Of a DNA stretch of 64,000 nucleotides, positions 62,653-64,000 are shown piece by piece. Location: NCBI GenBank assembly GCA_002269645.1, contig NIVC01000181.1:124001-188000 (forward strand), read 5' to 3'. The translations under genes and the position numbers were made by a program. A model generated the notes under the pieces. The model ran no database searches. It saw nothing but the letters and a program-made list of their open reading frames with translations, and was not told where the DNA came from. Each line of letters starts with the position of its first letter. Position 1 is the first letter of the stretch. The stretch is from Macrostomum lignano. Taxonomy: Eukaryota.

Positions 62653-63992
62653 CTAGGGTCGTCAGAAAAGTTCTGTGTATTAGAGAATAGCTCAGCTCTA
62701 TGAATAGCTGAAGAGTTGGGGTTTTAGCCATAGATATATACATATATAAAGAGTCGCTAGCTTCAGTTTTAGAGCAACAGATCATTTCTAGCCAAAATAG
62801 CAGTAATTTTTCAACCACACCCATGGCGCATTCCGTCCCGCGAGAGAGTTTTTCTAAACGCGACAATCGAGCGATCATCAAGTTTCATGTCCTTCAGGGG
62901 CGTTCAGCAACCGAGATTTTTGAAGAAATGCGGCAGACCATAGGAGACTTTTGCCCATCTTATGAGACGATTCGCCGCTGGGCTATTGCCATTCGCAACG
63001 GTAAAGAAGACCTCGACGACAAGCCACGCAGTGGACGACCAACGAGTGCTCGGCCTGACAGCCTGGTGAGTCAGGTGGAGGCAGCCGTGCTGCAGGACCG
63101 GATACTGACCACCAGGCAGCTGGCTGATGCCATAGGGGTGTCCAAGGACTCAGTCCACAAGATCCTGACCGAGGACCTTGGGATGCGCAAGGTCTGTGCC
63201 AAGTGGGTGCCGCATCTGCTCACTGACGATCAGCGGGCTCGGCGGGTCGCCATGTGCGCATCCAACCTGCAGCGGTGTCGGCGGGAGGGCATGGCGTTCC
63301 TGCAGAGGATCGTTGCCTGCGACGAAACCTGGGCGCATTCTTGGGAGGCGGAGTTGAAGCGGCAGAGTGCCACATGGTGCAGGCCAGGTTCTCCGCGACC
63401 TCAAAAGGCCATCCGGAGCATCGGCCAGCTGAAGGTCATGCACGTGACTTTCTTCGACTGGGAGGGTCTGTTGTTCGATCAGCCTGTGCCAGTGAGGCAG
63501 ACGGTCAATGGTGATTTCTACCGTCGGTTCTGGTGAAAGTTCGGCGTGCCATTCGGGACAAAAGACCTGCACTTCACGCGGCTGGCCAGACTCTGCTTCA
63601 CGACAACGCAGCCCCGCACCGAAAGCAAGCGTGCTGGCTACGATCGAGTCGTGGGGGTGGGAAATTCTTCCGCATCCGCCTTATTCCCCGGACTTAAGTC
63701 CATGCGACTTTTTCCTCTTCCCTCGCATCAAGGAGTCGATGCGAGGCCAGCGTTTCAGCACAGAGGAAGACGTGAATCAGGCCTACAAGGCTGGCATTGC
63801 CGCCGTGACGAACAATGGCATGACTACAGGCATTGACGGGCTGGTGCGGCGTTGGGAGAAGTGTATTGAAGCTGAGGGCTCATACTTTGAGTGAATAGAT
63901 GTTAAGGAAGACATTTGTAACTTTTCATGTTTCTACTGTTTATCGTTCTCAAGTTATTACAATATACACAGAACTTTTCTGATATCAGTTAG
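62653..63992 (+). mobile_element. Full-length mariner transposon (1340 bp), TA TSD, imperfect TIRs
   Basis: Left CTAGGGTCGTCAGAAAAGTTCTGTGTAT, right ATACACAGAACTTTTCTGATATCAGTTAG; TA at 62651-52 and 63993-94. Confidence 0.9.
62823..63894 (+). CDS. Mariner DD34D transposase with two apparent 1-nt frameshifts (~63527, ~63620)
   Basis: HTH region, PRSGRP, WVPHLL, ACDETW, LLHDNA, YSPDLSPCDFFLF. After restoring two bases there are exactly 34 residues between the 2nd and 3rd Asp. Confidence 0.9.
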
Positions 63993-64000
63993 TACATCTA

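Overview
Eukaryotic (animal) genomic DNA, not prokaryotic: GC-rich spliced exons, GT-AG introns stuffed with minisatellites, and many transposons. The style is reminiscent of the free-living flatworm Macrostomum, but that is inference only. Host genes reconstructed by hand: 3' end of an Ovo-like zinc-finger gene (+), RNPS1 (-), a PSD/EFA6 Sec7-PH ArfGEF (+), a 5-exon polycystin-channel gene (+), an intronless plant/DWF5-type sterol delta-7 reductase (+), and a 9-exon atypical soluble guanylate cyclase (+) that ends in a Dpy-30 docking motif. The main mobile element is an 11.25-kb, very young LTR retroelement (8373-19623) with 2.2-kb LTRs, a TGAG TSD, a tRNA-Leu PBS and a PPT. It encodes only Gag plus a -1-frameshifted protease and has no RT/RNaseH/IN. 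In place of pol it carries an antisense TATA promoter, a candidate spliced membrane-protein exon and an array of PBS-like motifs. Also present: a full-length DD34D mariner, a deleted Tc1/mariner, several MITEs, a LINE 3' fragment, and four near-perfect RFX X-boxes. Several genes carry single-base deletions in short homopolymers, probably assembly errors. All alignments, family calls and counts were done by eye and from memory; no database was searched.
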